Positions 37,333-49,300 of a stretch of 64,000 nucleotides of DNA are shown here, in pieces; the stretch's first letter is position 1; each line of letters opens with the position of its first letter. The notes under the pieces were generated by a model. It did no database searches, was not told where the DNA came from, and saw nothing but the letters and a program-made list of their open reading frames with translations. The position numbers and the translations under genes were made by a program. This DNA comes from Lama glama (taxonomy: Eukaryota). The stretch lies in assembly GCA_028534125.1 (NCBI GenBank), contig CM052828.1, forward strand, positions 60,264,001-60,328,000, given 5' to 3'.

Positions 37333-37656
37333 CAGTTGAGTCTTAAACAATGTGGATTTGAACCAGTAAATATATTGGACAGTTTGGGGGAGATTTATGA
37401 TCATTTGAAAAAGCTCACAGATTAACTGTGTGGCCTAGAAATATCGAAAGAAAGATCTGGGTATGTCTTGAATGTACAAAATTTTGTATCTACGTGGAAC
37501 ATACAAAATATGTGTTAATTGGCTGATCGTGTTATCGGTAAGGCCTCTGGTTAACGGGAGGCGTTTAGTGTTCAGCTTGGGCGAAAGTTCCAGGAGGGTT
37601 TCTGACCGCGTGGGGCGTCGGTGCCCCCGGCGCCTGAGCTGCCCGTGGCTCCGCTG
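37333..37656 (+). mobile_element. Tigger2 internal-deletion derivative (TcMar MITE, Tigger2a-like)
   Basis: TA + cagttgagtcttaaacaa left TIR. Internal taaatatattgga, cctagaaatatcgaaa, aacatacaaaatatgtgttaat, tgttatcggtaaggc. Degenerate right TIR ending ctg. Confidence 0.85.
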
Positions 37657-39521
37657 TGTTTGTGGCCGGGGCTTGGAAGGGACCGGCGCCAGCCTGCGTG
37701 ACCGCCTCTGCCCTGTGGGGTGCGGGTGGCACATCTGCTCCTGGCACCTAGTAAGAACAAAGACGCGGTCACCTTGGTGAACTTTCTGTGTTTTGGTGAC
37801 AAACAGCTGGTTTCAGGGTTGGCTCTTCCGTTTTCTATAATGTCTCTAATTCCTAAGCCCAGACCCGTGAGGTGCCATGTGGGGGGCAGGCCGCTGAAAC
37901 GGAAGCACTCTGGTGGTGCCCCCCCCCCCCGGGCGCCGTCTTTGGGGACAGGTTTGGTCGGCTTTCACGTTGGACCAGTTGTTTCCTCTCCACCTGGATG
38001 TCACATGTTAGAAGGGCACCTTCTCTTGTAGTGGAATATTTCCGGGAAGGACTGGAGGGAACGAAACAGACAAAAAATGCTGCTTTAAGAAAGGAGTGAA
38101 CGGCCACAGGTCTTTGTGAGGAGCCACAGAAAGCCATGGGCTTGGGTTTTGCTGGGCCGTCTTCCTCGTTTCTGCCAGCTCGCCGTCTCACAGCAGCAGA
38201 GGACCTGGCACGGAGGGTGCTGTGGCATCTTAGAAGGCCGGAGCTGGTGGGTGTGGCCAGCGCTCAGGTCTGCTGCCAACCGGCACCTGACGTGTCCAGT
38301 CATCACAGGGTCACTCCCTGCCTCTCGGGCGCAGAGCTGCAGGAAATGATGGACAGAACACAGTTACCCCGCCGCGGACTTGCTGGGCCACACTCCTCTA
38401 GCGGGGCTATGCTTTAGACGCCAAGGACCTGCCTGTGCTCGGCTGCAAAAGTCAGCATCTGCCGCCCTGCGGCGCGTCCTCTGTCCGCATCCTGCTCTGT
38501 GCGTAGCTCTCCTGACCCAGCTTCACCCGCCGATGCTGGAAACGTCCAACTCTCGGGTGAGAAAACTTTCTTTGCTCCTGTTGGTCCTCAGCATCGCCTG
38601 GCTGTGGGGCTGACTTTCCTGTCTGTGTTCAGTCACTGGAAGGTTCTGCATGAATCCACGTTGTATGAGGTGAGTTCGGAGACGGTTTGTAAGACCCTGA
38701 TTGTACCCCTTGGAGGTGGCTTTGTGGAAAACTCAGCTGAGAGCCCTGTTGGGGTCCCCGAGGTGTTTCCCCTCGGTCAGTGCCCGAGGCCGCCCTCCGA
38801 TGGCTGGGAGCTTGTTTACGGACGCGGCCTCCTGCCTGGGAGATTGCCTCTGGATCTCAGCCCCAGGCAGGGTGTCTGCCTGAGACATGCTGGGCTACTG
38901 TGAGTCCAGCTAAATCACTAAATCTCAGCCCCGCCCCGTGTGACCTACCTGGTGGCAGCGGTCAGTCGAGGTGGCGCAATGCCTGGGGGCCCCACCATCA
39001 GGCCAGCGCCCGTAACCACCAGTGAGGGGAGGGCCGCCTTCACTGAGCCCTCAGGCTGCAGAGCACTGGCCCCGGCCCCGCCCCAGGTTCTAGCTGTTTA
39101 CTCACAAAGTGCAGGGAGGGTGACGCTTCCAGGCCCAGGGCCCCCTGCTGCCAGCCTGGCGGTGAGTGGAGCAGAGGGAGCGGAGGGCTCCACGTCTCGG
39201 AGGAGTTCACTCAAGAAGCCAGCACCTACCAGGGCTTCACCCTGTGATAGACCAGTCTGTGACCCCAGCAGGTGTAGCGCCTGGCTCCCCCCAAGAGGTG
39301 CGCCGGCGTGCACGCCCACCCAGGCTTCTGGGATGTTACAGCAGAGCAGAGCAGCATGCGTGGAACTGCTCATGAAGTGAAGGAAAGGTCGTCTGTGCAG
39401 CCCACCAGCCCAACACTGCTCTCTAGGGCGGGGGGCTGCACACAGGAGTGGGGAGCTCTGGGTGGGGTGGCTCTTCAAGGGTTCCTTGAATTCAGGCCTG
39501 GGAAGGGCCAGGCAGCGCAGG

Positions 39522-39900
39522 GGTGTAGCCCAAGGCAGCTGGAACCGCAGACCACAAACCAGCACAAGAGTATGTCTCACTGTTCTGGAGGCCAGAAGCC
39601 TGAGGGCAGGGTGCCAGCTGGGCTGTGGTCCCCTGGAAGCCTGTAGGGAAGGGTCATTCCTGCCTCTTCCAGCTTCTGGTGCGCTCTGGCTCGCAGGAGC
39701 CTCCACTGCCACGCAGCTGTCCTCTCTGTGTGTCGGTGTCTCTGCTCCTCTTGTAAGGATACCAATCATGTTGGAAAAAGCCACCGACCCTGTAACCTCA
39801 CCTTAACTAACTGCATCTACAAAGGCCTCATTTGCAAACAAGGTCCTCTTCTGAGGCTCCTGGTGCCGTAAGCTTGGGCGGCACCACTCCTCCTGGTACA
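39522..39900 (-). mobile_element. MLT1 solo LTR (MLT1B/C-like)
   Basis: tctcactgttctggaggccagaagcctgag, tcctgcctcttccagcttctggtg, taaggataccaatcatgttgga, cttaactaactgcatctacaaag. Confidence 0.85.
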
Positions 39901-40639
39901 GAGGGGCGGCCTCCTCCGGCTGAGAAGGTGCCTGAGGGGTTCTCAGCTGTGAGCTGTCAGCACCCCCTGAGCTGGGGAATGAGGCTGTGGTCCTGAGGTC
40001 CTGGAGGGGAGACCAGCCCCCAGGCCCCCTCGCTCCCCCTCGCGTGTGCTCACCGGGAGCACTCAGCTGGGCTCGGCGGAAGGCGTGCAGTCAGGACGGA
40101 GTTCTTGCACTTGGGGGCAGTTATGTTGAGTTTCAGCTTCACACTTTGGTCCTGGAAGGGGGATCTGGACCCTTGTCTGCTGGCCTGCTGTCCTTACCTC
40201 CTCCACTGGCCGTTCCCTCGGCACCCACTGAACTGGCCCCCATGCCCTCCTTTCTCCTCAGGTTGGGAGGAACGGGGCACGAAAGGGTCTCAGCTCTGGG
40301 CGAGCGAGGGTAACCCATCCGGGGACTGAACTGGAGCAGGAGAGCGGGGGATGGGGCTGTGGTCCTGAGGTCACCCTTTGCCTCGGAGGGCTGGCTTCTG
40401 AAAGGCTCGTCCCCCGCATGTGTCACCTGGGACCACAGGTGAGGACTCCATGCATCAACTCAGCGTGACCCTTGAAGGTTTGTACACTGAGGTGTTGGGA
40501 GGCAATGTAGTCGAGCACCTGGGGTGAAGCTCTCGTAAAACGAGGGAGCGGTGCAGTAGAGGTGAGGCCCGGCCAGGCTGCTGTCATTCTGCTGAACGCG
40601 GGTCTGGGTCTGGGACCCCGCGGTGCGTCCAGCACGCCC

Positions 40640-40995
40640 TGGGTGGTCCTCAGCCGCTCACAAGACTAGAGGGTGCGTGACCTTCCTGGAACCTTGCTAG
40701 GAAACAGAGTCACTGCAGGTGCACTTCGTTAAGATGAGAGGAAGTTGCACGGGAGGAGAGTGGACCCTTAATCCAGTAGGACCGAGGTCCTTACAGGATG
40801 AGGAGAGGAGATGCCATGTGGTGACGAGGCAGGGACCTGGAGCCAGGGAAGGAGCACCATGGACTTGTGGGGCAATGGGACCTGGGAGGGGGAGCAGCTC
40901 CCGGCCTCTGATCTTGGCCTTCAGCCTGCACGGCTGGGGAGGGCGTTCCTGTTGCTCTAAAGCGCTGCAGGCCGCCGAACAGAGGGCTGAACCAC
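40640..40995 (+). mobile_element. MLT1 solo LTR, degenerate
   Basis: ggaaacagagtcactgcaggtg, gttaagatga, cccttaatccagta...gtccttac, gccatgtg, tgatcttggccttcagcct. Confidence 0.65.
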
Positions 40996-43900
40996 CTCTG
41001 GGGGCACAGGAGGAGGAGTTCCCGGAGGGGTGCGTGGGGGTGGTGGCAGGGGCCGCGTGCGGGGCTGTGGGCCCAGGGCTCATGCAGGGAGGCTGCTGAG
41101 GGCTTGTGGCCGTCTGGGCAGGGGGACCGGCTGGGCAGGGAGAGGGCACCTTGACGGTTGCACCATAGCCCTCCTGAGTCAGCAACGTTCCGGCACCTCC
41201 TCTCCCCGGCCCACCCTGCTGCTCCGACGTTCCACAGCGCCAACGGGAGAGCTGTAATTTATTTTTCCTTCTTGGCTACAATGAGGCTTCCAACCGGGGT
41301 GAGCTGTTCCCTCCATCCCGACTGGAGACTGGAGAGAGTGTACGGAGTGAAAGTCACCCTCCGGCGGTGCTCCATTCAGGCGCTCGGGCCTGGGGCGCCG
41401 AGGCCCCGCTTTCTCCAGCAAGACACATGCCTGAGTGTGAAATGCCATTAAAGCCTCATTCCTCTAGTGCTGCTTCTTTTTAGAATAACAAAAACACATC
41501 AGTGGTGAGTTTCAGTATTATTTTTAATAAAAGAAAACCCTTTAATTTACATATGCTTAAGGCTGAGTAAATGAAAATGCATTATGTTGCCCCCGTTCCA
41601 GGGAATAATGAGCCCACAGGGGCAGGAGGACGCTGCCTTTCAGACCCGCACACCCAGCTCAGCCTGCCGCTGCGACGGGTGGGCGCGGGTGCTGTCAGGG
41701 CCCTGCTCCGGCTTTACAGGGGGCTGGCAGTGCCCCGTGGGAGGCTTGGGGACAGATGGATTCGTTGCCTCGAACATGGTCACAACAGCACTTGCCCTGC
41801 AAGGAGGCCCAGGGCGGCCCTGCGGCCCGCATAGCCCCTCTGACCCCCACACAGAGCGAGCCAGCAGAACAAAAGAAACCGTACACGTGGGCAAACACAC
41901 GCGCACACAGAAGCCCACGTGCACACACAGAAACCGGCGTTTATGGGAACTCGGTCTCCGTTCTCAGGTCTCGCTTTCCAAGGGTGCAGGTGTGCGGGTC
42001 TGTTTCATGTCCCTGGTTCTGCTTCGCATTCTCTACCCACAAGGGCGCATCTGGGTCTGGGGGCTCCCCGCATTCTCTGGCCCTCATGCTCTGTCTGGAT
42101 GGAAGGGGAGGGGTACACCAGCCCCGAGGCCGCACCTGCTCCTCCGGCCCTGCCTCAGGACCTTGCCCGACAAGGTCCAGACGTGCCCACGGCGGGGGAG
42201 GCAGCCGAGCCACCTGTGAGGATGGTGACCTGGGGCCTCCTGGGTTGGCAGGGGCTTTGCAGAGGCGGCGGCTTTTGTGCCTGTCCCTGTGGCCAAGGAC
42301 GGAGGGATGGAGCCAGCCACCTGCAGGCCGAGGAGCCTGGGAGGCCCCCAGGAGACCGGCTTCCGTGACATTTACTGCCCTGGGCAAGGACACGCTCTTT
42401 TCTCTGTGTTTCTATTTTCTCCAGTTAATCAGGTGACCTGAAAAGAAGCCAGATAAGTGCATTGTTTGCCCTGACAACACCCTGATGACACCGTCTGGGG
42501 ACATCGGCCGAGATGCTCCCCTTCTGAGCGATGGAGGCATTAGGGAGACCTCGCTCCCCACAGCGCACCCAGGTTAATTACCGCAGGAGACCTGGGAGTG
42601 GGCAGCTGTCATTTTTCTTCAGAAAGTACTGCTGTTTTTACTCTTGCAGCAAGAAAATGCCAGTGAAGGAGCTTCGAAGGACCGCATTTTTCGGTTCAGT
42701 GGTGTGATCATTTTCCTAGAATGGCTGTCTGCGCTCCTATTCGAAGGACATTGTCTTGTGCATGTGATTAAATTTGGGCTGCAAGTTATGAACTGGACTA
42801 ATGAAATCCATTCCTGTCTCCCAGCGGCCCATTGGCCAGCAATGAATGCGCGAGTTTATCCACTGCAGTGTCTCTCCGGGCATCAGAGCCAGGGCATCTG
42901 CACATGCCCACCTCGGCACCAGCTCTGTTTGGAGACTTATAAGCAGGCGTGTACCAAACAGCACAAGGTGGCTTCTGGCTTTGCACTATCCTCGAAATTA
43001 TGGCAAGGAATGCCTTTCAGAGAATTGCACGGGTGGTTTTACTTCAGACCCTTATGAACCTGTGTGAACCTCGTGATGTTTTAAAAAGGGAACTGGGGAA
43101 ACAGCCTGCACTGAGAGGCCAGAGAAGCGTGTTGCATTCCTGCTGAGGTTCCCCAGGAAGGACATACTGCTTTCAGGGTTGTGACGTCTCTCTTCCCTTG
43201 GTTTTTAAACTGGATAAAGCTAGAAGTGACTAATCAGAGAGCCTGGTTCCCAGAGCGGTTTCTCCTGCTGGACCAGACTGTCTTCAGGGGCATGTCGTGT
43301 CCTGAGCATGCATCCCCGGGCTCCTTGCTCTCAGGGATGCCTGCCCTTCAGTTTCGGTCACAGGTAGACTTTGGCACACTGCTCACAATCCTCTGACACT
43401 CAGAGGGGTTGGGGAGAGTTACGCTGAAATCCTCCTCCTGCCCCTGTTTAGATGCGGGCTGCCCAGTCTGGCCTGAATGGGTCCTTAACGAGCTGGAGAG
43501 GGTGTGGAGGCTCTTGGAGTAGCAACCGGAGTGTCAGGAGGGTGACGCTGAGCCAGAAGGATGTGCTTTCCTGTCCAGTCACTGGTGCTCCGTGCGGGAA
43601 GTGCCTCGAGCTAGCTGGTGAGGAAGACCCGGGCCGCAGAGAAAGTGTCTGTCCTGGGCCTCCGGCCCGCCTCCCAGGCCTGTGGGGAAGCGGGGCAGGC
43701 ATCTTGGCGGATGCAGACACCGCTCACTTCGGGAAGCCCGGCACCGATTCCATACCTTTGGCGCAGTGTCTGTGGTTGTGTAAGTGGTTCCTGTGCCTCT
43801 GCACACAGCAGGTTCGGTGCAGGGGGGCTGCAGTTCCCTGGTCGGGGTGTCCCCAGGAGAACACAGGACCAGTGCCCGGCACCTGCCTGGGGAAGGATGC

Positions 43901-45164
43901 CTCAGGGTCGGCGTGGTTCGGCCCAGGTGCTGCGCAGCCACGCTCCCCCAGGGCCGAGGCCGATGCTAGGACGTCCTGGGAGGGACACGAATGTCTGCAG
44001 GTCAAAGCAGGTGACTCACCAGGATGCTTTTGTTTGCCTTTAAGGACATCATCTCAGCAGGCACTTGTGGGGCTGTTTCCCAAACTGAAGGCGAAGCGTG
44101 CTGCTAACCTTGCTCCTTAGCTTACAGAGAGCGGAGCATTTGGGAATGAGCTGGTGTGGGTTCGGAGCAGCCCCCCAGCTTCCCTTGGGGGGGAGTCATC
44201 ACTGTCAGAAGCATGATAGAACTGTCACAAGTGCATGAAATCAGCTCTGCAAATGGTGAAACAGGAGCCACGTTCCCTTTGTTCTGTGACAGGGTGAAAA
44301 TTTCAAATTTTTCATCAAAGAGGAAAGAGAATTCCAGCACTTACACAGCTAAATAATGGGGCCCGTCCCCCTGCTCCCAGCTCGAAACCAGTGCTGAGTT
44401 GTGCAGAGCAGATTAATCCCCCTGACCCAGGGTGACGGACCGGCCGGCAGTGGCTGCATCCTCACCAAACATGTTTTGTCTGGAGTAAAACCTGAAGCTG
44501 TAAGATGGGGTGAACATGCATGTTCAGACGGGACTCCGAGTTCCCGAGCCTCTGCCTGGCTCCTGCACACAGCTGAGGCTTCTCCTTGCAGAGGAAGACC
44601 GCCTCCCTCGCTCTGTTGACACAACCTGCTCTGGGGGCTTCAGTGCTGGGTTGGGGAAGCTGCGGGGGGTGGGGTCTGCCGGACCTGGGGGCTTCAGCTC
44701 CCGGGTCTCACTGGCTCCCGTGTCCTCAGTGGCCCTGTCTGGGTTAGTCCTGTGTCTCCGGGGAGCAGGGCCAAGCTGGTCTGCTGTTCCCCCACACTCC
44801 TGGGGAGACCACAGTGCTCGAATCAGACCTCCAGATGCCATGGGTCCCTCAGAGACGCCCCCTTCTCCAGGGGCCAGCTGTGCCCAAGTGGGCCGAGCGG
44901 TTCCATTGTCCTGAAGCCAGCTCTGAAGATCCGGAGGGTGTGGCCGGGGCTCCCACGTGGCCCGGCCCGGTGGGGGTTGGCTTCCCGCTGCTGCTCAGGC
45001 TGGATGCAGCGGTGAAGGGCCAGCCGGGCCGGCGTCCTGTGCAGGGTGAGGGTGCTGGTGCCTTCGCGGGCAGGGCTGGCCCTGCCGCCCGCTCTCCAGC
45101 GACTGCGGGCTGCCCTGGAGGGGGCAGGGTGGGGTGAAGGACTGGGACTGCTGGACCAGGGCAG

Positions 45165-45465
45165 GGCCCTCCAGACTGCTTCCACTTTGCCAGTTCACAT
45201 TCTCACCAGCAGTGCACGAGGGTTCCCACCTCTCCACACCCTCGCCAGCACTTGTTGTTTCTTGTCTTTTCGGTGATGGCCATTCTGAGAGGTGTGAGGT
45301 GATACCTCGGGTGGTCTGGATGTGCGTTCCCTGGTGGTGGGTGGTGTCGAGCACTGTCTTCTGGACCTGCTGGCCGCCTGTGTCTTCATTGGAAAACCCC
45401 CCGTTTAGGACCTCTGCTCGCTTTTTAATAGGATTGTTTTCATGATTTTGAGATATGAGTTCTTC
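45165..45465 (-). mobile_element. L1 ORF2 C-terminal segment, inverted part of a 5'-inverted L1
   Basis: Minus-strand translation [19 protein letters not shown] matches the L1 ORF2 motif NNPIKKWAKDLNRHFSKED. DNA text cacattctcaccagcagtgcacgagggttccc and gccattctgagaggtgtgaggtgatacctc. Confidence 0.9.
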
Positions 45466-45466
45466 C

Positions 45467-45825
45467 ACTAAGCGAAATAAGACGGATGGAGAAAGACAAA
45501 CCCTGGACGCCTTCACTTACATGTGGGATCTGAAGAACAAAAATGAGCAAATACAACAAAACAAATACTCGCAGATACAGGGAACAACCTGGGTGGTTGG
45601 CAGGGGTGGGGGCTGGGGGGTGAGGGTTGGGTGAAGCAGGTGAAGGGGACGAACAGGTAGCAACTGCCAGTTATGAGGTAAGTCAGCCACAGGCTGGGAC
45701 GCACAGCACAAGGGACACAGTAATGCTGTGACCACTTTCTGTGGTGCGTAATTGGAAAAACAACGCATCACTGTCATAACCTGAAACTGTGTAATACTGT
45801 AAGTCAACTTCAGTTTTTAAAAAGA
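45467..45825 (+). mobile_element. L1 3' end (L1MA9/laurasiatherian-type), sense part
   Basis: ctaagcgaaataag...gagaaagacaaa...tcacttacatgtgggatct, G-rich tract 45591-45631, acctgaaact...taatactgtaagtcaact, A-rich end. Confidence 0.85.
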
Positions 45826-46039
45826 CCGTTAAAAAAGGCAGCTTTGAAACATCCAAATTCAGATGTGGTTTTCCTCCAACTGAGGGAGGTACGGAATCGG
45901 AGTCGCTGTGTCCCTTCAATTCACACGTGGAACAAGCTTGCCTGGTGTGCTTTGTAGCTTGTCACGGTACGGGGTGGGAATAAACATGCCGTGAGGCCTC
46001 GTGTACATGTTCCAGGTGAGCATGGCGGAAGGACAGCTC

Positions 46040-46383
46040 CGCGTCGTACCTGTTTGCTCGGCCGTGTGAGCAGAGCTGCCTTCCACATTTCTCTGGCTGG
46101 CACGTGCATCAGGCTTCATTCCGACTGCCGCTTCCTCCTGAGGCCTCTCCTCGGCCTGCACACACGTCTTCTCCCCTGGCCCCACGTGGTCCCTCGTGCG
46201 TATCTGTCTCCTGATCTTTCCTCATGAGGATGCCGGACAGACTAGATCAGGGCCCACCGATGGGGCCGCACGTAACAACTACCTCTTTAAAAGCCCCTCC
46301 TCCGAATGCAGGGCCCAGATTCTGAGAACTGGAGGTCAGGGCTCGACATACAGATTTGGGCGGGCACAGTTCAGCCTATGACG
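46040..46383 (-). mobile_element. MLT1B-like solo LTR
   Basis: cttcctcctgaggcctctc, gatcagggcccacc, tacctctttaaa, ttctgagaactggaggtcaggg, cacagttcagcctatgac. Confidence 0.8.
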
Positions 46384-49300
46384 GCAGCCTTTCCCGTCCT
46401 TGCTCTGCACACCTGCCTGTAGGAAAAGGAACGCTTTTGTCCCCAGGTAGGAGGCTGGGTGTGTTTGCAGTGACGTCGAGGATCTAGATCACTTAGGAAA
46501 CAAGCTGAGTTCAGCCTCACGAGCCACGTTTTAGGAAGAACATCACTCACTTTTAAATATCTAAAAATAACCTCTGTGTTACCATTTTCTTTTTAGGTTT
46601 TCTATACCCTTTTTTCATAATTTAAAACCGTGGTAAGAAACTAAAGTTATAGAATGTTTTAAAATTCAAAACTTTTCACTGAAAAATCATGGAGCTCTTG
46701 TTTACAATCAGCAGCCGCCTTCCCAAGCGTGTTCCCTGCGGGTGTGTGCGTGCCCCAGGCAGACTGCCGGCTCGGGGCCCCCCCACTGCTGGGCGGTGGC
46801 ACAGGGTCACAGCGGCCCTCCTCTGCTGCACACCTGTCATCAGCCTTCGGTGGATTTTGGGGACGGAAGCCTTTCCCACAATTAAGGAGCCCCGAGGGGA
46901 TTAATCTGCTCCTTGTAGTCTTGTCAGGAACAGGATACTGTAATCCAGGTGTTGGCTGGCGTCCAGCCCTGGCCAGCTCGGCTGGGCCTGCCGAGGGGCC
47001 ACCGCGGCCCCCCGGCCCCCTGCGCCCTTTGTGTCCGCTGCAGGACGAGAGGTGATGGTGTCACTGACTTCCAAGCCACTTGCAGGGCCCTGGGATAGCT
47101 CTCGTTGTTGGCTGGCTGAGGGCGGCCTACGCTGGGGGTGCAACAAACAGTCAGGCCGCCTTCTCCCGAAACCTGTAGGACAGGCAGCTCCTGGTTCCTG
47201 GGGAGCGGCCGCTGCCGGTCGCATTAGGCTGTCCCACCTCTGTCTCCGAGCAAGTTCTGGAAGATGCCTAATATGCTTGATTCTGGGAAGAGCTTTGTGC
47301 TCGTTCCCTGTGGGAACTCAGGGCACTGAGGATAATTTCCAAAGGAGTTGACCTCGATCCTTTTTGGTGGTGAAGTGCTAATAAAATGGGATCAAGCTGG
47401 CTTAGATGTCTCCCAGCTGGTGTTCCGAGCTCCCCCGACAACTGACGTGCATCAAACGTGAATCCCTCCCCTGTGTCCTTCCGGGCATTGTCACCCTGGT
47501 GTCATCACCCGAGCGCCGTGTGGGATGGACTGGGCTGTGCCCAGGGTCTCCCTGTCCGCCTTTCTCACTGGGGACCTCACTCCTTCTTTACCACCGACCT
47601 CATCTCACAGATGATTCCATAGACTCAGAGTTTCAGCCAGTGTCGGGGATGGACCCGCCCCACGTGGTCGCAGGGGCTGGAGAACCGCCACCCTTTCGCG
47701 GACCCTCCCCTGGGAGCGGAGTGCAGGTTGAGCTGACAGGTGCAGGGCCTGGGCGGCTTTCCTGTGGCTCTCTCCTACACGACAGGCCACACGTCTCGGG
47801 TAGCCTCCTGTGCCAGGCAGTTGTCTAGAAGGGCTGCCTTTTTCTCTGAAGGATGGTATTTTAGAACTTTTTCTTTACTAAGAGAGTCGCCAGGGTTGGG
47901 CGCCTGGGAAGACACATTCCGAGCCCCGATTTTGTGTGCAGGAAGTTTCCCGGGAGGTCTCTTGAGAACACTCTGTGTGTGGGCAGAGGAGGGGCTGAGT
48001 GGCAGTGAGGCCTCGGTCATCCTCGGGGTGGGGGGCTCTGTGGCAGGGACACCCCCTCCTCCCATGTGCTGAGGTCACCCTTTCCACCTGCTCCACCAGC
48101 CGGTCATGAGGGACCTGCCCTGCGGGGTGGCTGGGGGGAGACGGGCCAGCAGTGGGAGAGGGCTGGGGGTCGGGCCCTTCCCTGGGAGTGTTTGACCCCA
48201 GAGGTCCCCCGTGCTTGGCAGGATTGCTAGGGTCTGTGGGCGTGAGGACTTGGTGGGCCTGACAGTTCCCACTCATGACACAGTCCTGGGGACCTGGTTA
48301 CTCGACGTCCACTCACAGAACCAGAGGAGAGTCTCCATCAGCGTGCTGCCCAACGCTCAGCATGACATTTCCGTGCTGTGGACACTTCCAGCACGCAGTA
48401 CTAGGGCCTTCGAGGCCGCAGAGTCCCCGGGGAGGGCTGTCTGCGGCGCTGTCTGGGCCCACCACACGCCCCTTCCCTTCCCTGGGCCCCCGAGAGCTGG
48501 GACGTGTGCCCCAGCCTGCAGTGTGCTGCCTGCGGAGCCCAGAGAGGCCCTGGGTCCTGGCTCTTCCTGCGGGGTAGACGGTGTGAGTGCTGGCCATGTC
48601 CCCTTTACTCGAGAGGGCGGGTCTCAGCCCGAAACTGCTGGATACTAGGGCTTGTCAGCTGCTCTCTGGAGCTCCCGTGTCTCAGTGTGGCCTTCAGCGT
48701 GGTTCCGGCGGTCCGATGGCATCGACACAGTGGGCTAGGGTGGGTTCTAAGGAGAACTGGGGCGATCCACTTCCTGCAGGGCCCCCTTGGCAGAGCTCAG
48801 GGAGTTAACTCTGCCTCCATCCACGTGAATGTGAGTGGCTTCTGGTCAGACTTCTTGTCGGGGACGGACAGAGCTCTTCCTGGACCAGTGCCTGCCTCCC
48901 ATGTTCCTGACACCCTAGGAGCCTGTCCTGGTGGGGGTGCCGCACTGGGCACACAGCTGCTGCACCGGGCACTCGGCTGCAGCACCGGGCCCTCGGCTGC
49001 TCGGCTGAGTCTGCAGCTCTCGGGCTCCCTGGAGGTTTCGCAGGGGACGCGCGGGTGAGTTAGGTGGAGAGACGGCCACCCCCTCATCCTTCAGGTCCTT
49101 CTGGAGAACAGTGTGTCTCTGATTCGCTGATTTACCTGGGAGGGGCAGATTTTGAGGCTTCCTCGAACCCTCTCCACCATGATAGCTCTCATCCCACAGT
49201 CCAGCAAACCACCTGGGTCCATTCCAGCTTTAGGAAAGACGCGTTCTCAGAACAGACGTGGGAGCCGGGGAGACGGCCGCCGTGTGGGTCTGCGGCGGGG

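Noticed and set aside
9568-44120. Many 200+ aa ORFs (9568-10221, 39098-39784, 41584-42436, 43452-44120)
   Set aside because: Pro/Gly/Arg/Ala-rich translations expected from GC-rich non-coding DNA, overlapping in several frames. One runs through an MLT1 LTR.
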